NCBI GenBank assembly: GCA_965220035.1
Contig: CBDCPC010000001.1
Coordinates: 1,640,118 to 1,704,117, forward strand
DNA length: 64,000 bases
Origin: Acidimicrobiales bacterium
GTDB taxonomy: Bacteria; Actinomycetota; Acidimicrobiia; Acidimicrobiales; CATQHL01
Reading direction: 5' to 3'
The notes under the pieces were generated by a model that searched no databases, was not told the origin of the DNA, and saw only the letters and a program-made list of their open reading frames with translations. Position numbers and translations under genes: made by a program. Positions within the stretch are counted from its first letter, which is position 1. Every line of letters begins with the position of its first letter. Shown here piece by piece: positions 62,122 through 64,000 of the stretch.

Positions 62122-63867
62122 TTACTCAGCAACCTCCTCGTTGTCGAGCCCCCCGCGCCGAACCCTCAGTTCGGCGGTCGCGGCCTCGTCCACCTCCAGA
62201 TCAGCGTTCACGGCGACCCCATAGTCAAGCGTTGCCGCTTCCGCCGAGACGAGGCCGCTGCGAACGTCCGCCAGCACGGCCTCGGTCGGGCGTTCGTGCG
62301 GATCGCCCAACCCGCCGGCGCCGGCCGTGATGAAGGCCAGCCGGTCACCGGCCCCGACGGCCACGACGTCGCATTTTGAGGGCAACTCCTCCGTCGCACC
62401 ACCGGCCCGGAACAGCGTCTTGCGGCTGAGCGCACCGGGCTGCCCACCTGCCCAGCCCCACGGCCTGCTCTGCCAGCGGTCGTCCTGGATGGTGATCTCG
62501 CCGTCGGCGTCGAAGCGGTACACCTTCTCCACTCCGTTGCCGCCGCGGTGGCGCCCGGGGCCGCCGCTGTCGGGGATCGAGCGGTAGGTCTCCACCATCA
62601 CCGGGAAGTAGCTCTCGATGTACTCGGTGGGGATGTTGGTGAACAGCGGCCACCAGGAGTGGCCGTCCAGCCCGTCGCCGGCCGGCCGCCCCGGTAACCC
62701 GCCGTAGCTGATCTCGCCCAGCTGGAAGTACTCGCCGCGGGCGTCGTGGCCGCTGTAGGTGAGCGCCGGGCTGGAGCCGTAGCCGGCACCGGCGGCGAAC
62801 TCGGGAGCGCACTTCGCCAGCACCCCCTGAATCACGTCGAAGTGCCGGGCGAGCGTGATGTTCAGCAGCCCGAGCGGGGCGGGGAACTCCGGGCTGACCA
62901 GCGAGCCGGGCTCCAGGATCACCTCGAGGAGGTCGTGGAAGCCCTCGTTGAACGAGATCTCGGGGTCGAAGGCCATGATGAGGTAGATCCCGACGAACAT
63001 CTTGAAGAGCCCGTCGTGGGTGGCGAGGTTGATCGGTCCGGGCGCCTGGGGGTCGGTGCCCGTCCAGTCGAAGAACGCCGTCTCGCCCTCCCGCCACACG
63101 GTCAGCTTCATCTCGAACGGGCCGTTGCCCTGGCCGTCGTCGTCCACCACGTCGACGAAGCTCACCGGTTCGGTGGGGATGTGGCGCACGATGATGGCGG
63201 CCATGGCGTCGCGGGTGCGTCGCAGCAGGGCGTCGCAGGCCCGACGGTAGACGTCGGTCCCGAAACGAGCGCAGAGGTCCTGTACGCGTGCGGCGGCGGT
63301 GCGGCACGCGGCCACGAGGGCCATCAGGTCGGCCTCGTTCATCTCGGGGGTGCGCGAGTTGTTGAGGATGATCTTGAGGACGTCGGTGTTCAGCCGATCC
63401 TCGGCGAAGAGCTTGACCGGCGGTATGCGGATGCCCTCGTCCCAGATAGAGGTGGCCGTGGCGGCCATGCTGCCGGGCACCGTGCCGCCGCAGTCCAGCA
63501 CGTGTCCGAACATCGAGGCGTAGCCGACGCGCTCGCCCTCGTAGTCGATGGGAGACAGCACCAACCAGTCCGGCGTGTGCTGGATGGCGCCGCCGCAGAG
63601 GTAGGGGTCGCTCTGGAGGATGACGTCGCCCGTGCGGATCTCGTCGTCGAAGGTTTCCAGCAGCAGCGGCACGTAGGAACCGAACTGGCCCACGAGCATG
63701 TTCCCGGCGGCGTCGGTCACGAGCGGGAACTCGTCGTGCTGCTCCCTGATGATGGGCGACATCGCCGACTGCAGGACGACGGCGTCCATCTCCTCGCGGA
63801 TGTTCAACAGCGCGCTCTCGATGATCTCGAGGGTTGCGAGGTCCACGGCGGGGGCCGGGCCGGTCAT
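62122..63867 (-). CDS. Hydantoinase B / oxoprolinase family protein
   Basis: AMSPIIREQHD, DPYLCGG..H.PD, GHVLDCGG.VPGS, EG.RIPP, DSGGPG..RGG. Confidence 0.92.
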   Translation of the reverse strand: MTGPAPAVDLATLEIIESALLNIREEMDAVVLQSAMSPIIREQHDEFPLVTDAAGNMLVGQFGSYVPLLLETFDDEIRTGDVILQSDPYLCGGAIQHTPDWLVLSPIDYEGERVGYASMFGHVLDCGGTVPGSMAATATSIWDEGIRIPPVKLFAEDRLNTDVLKIILNNSRTPEMNEADLMALVAACRTAAARVQDLCARFGTDVYRRACDALLRRTRDAMAAIIVRHIPTEPVSFVDVVDDDGQGNGPFEMKLTVWREGETAFFDWTGTDPQAPGPINLATHDGLFKMFVGIYLIMAFDPEISFNEGFHDLLEVILEPGSLVSPEFPAPLGLLNITLARHFDVIQGVLAKCAPEFAAGAGYGSSPALTYSGHDARGEYFQLGEISYGGLPGRPAGDGLDGHSWWPLFTNIPTEYIESYFPVMVETYRSIPDSGGPGRHRGGNGVEKVYRFDADGEITIQDDRWQSRPWGWAGGQPGALSRKTLFRAGGATEELPSKCDVVAVGAGDRLAFITAGAGGLGDPHERPTEAVLADVRSGLVSAEAATLDYGVAVNADLEVDEAATAELRVRRGGLDNEEVAE

Positions 63868-64000
63868 CGCCGGTCCTCCGGCATGATCAGCACGTTCAGC
63901 CAGGCGTCGGTGGCGGCCACATGGCCCGGGTGGACGAACGTCGTGGTGTCCGTCTGCACGATGATTGCCGGTCCCGCGACAACATCCCCCGGCCGGAGCC
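63864..64000 (-). CDS. Hydantoinase A / oxoprolinase C-terminus (5'-partial)
   Basis: GPAIIVQTDTTTFVHPG...NVLI; ATGA overlap with hydantoinase B. Confidence 0.8.
   Translation of the reverse strand, partial: LRPGDVVAGPAIIVQTDTTTFVHPGHVAATDAWLNVLIMPEDRR

Overview
High-GC (~70% by eye) actinobacterial DNA. Gene content and leaderless TANNNT promoters suggest Acidimicrobiia, possibly a host-associated lineage (inference). The backbone is catabolic: SDRs, amidohydrolases, a split 2-oxoacid dehydrogenase, purine salvage/deaminases with an ABC transporter, a xanthine-dehydrogenase-family large subunit, a KstD-like flavoprotein, PrpD, CoA ligase, aconitase, crotonase and hydantoinase. Several accessory islets interrupt it. 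(1) A complete type I-G (I-U) CRISPR-Cas locus (cas3-cas8g/csx17-csb1-csb2, divergent from cas4/1-cas2, plus a 20-repeat array) and a phd-vapC module. These lie between two ~88%-identical direct copies of dtd (the second a pseudogene), with no integrase or tRNA. (2) A vapBC / orphan methyltransferase islet. (3) A tiny islet bracketed by a duplicated 3' end of the xdh-like gene. (4) A decayed defence islet: BsuBI/PstI-like R-M, Mrr-N/HNH nuclease and a RES TA pair. The most unusual patterns are three. First, small TM+coiled-coil variable-repeat genes sit at duplicated host-gene ends. Second, a REP-hairpin MITE-like family (at least 10 copies) inserts in-frame into proteins, supplies stop codons and has seeded a VNTR. 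Third, a 58-bp palindrome-containing repeat is shared by the cas3 upstream region and the breakpoint of the truncated restriction enzyme. All family calls are by motif recognition; no database searches were run.
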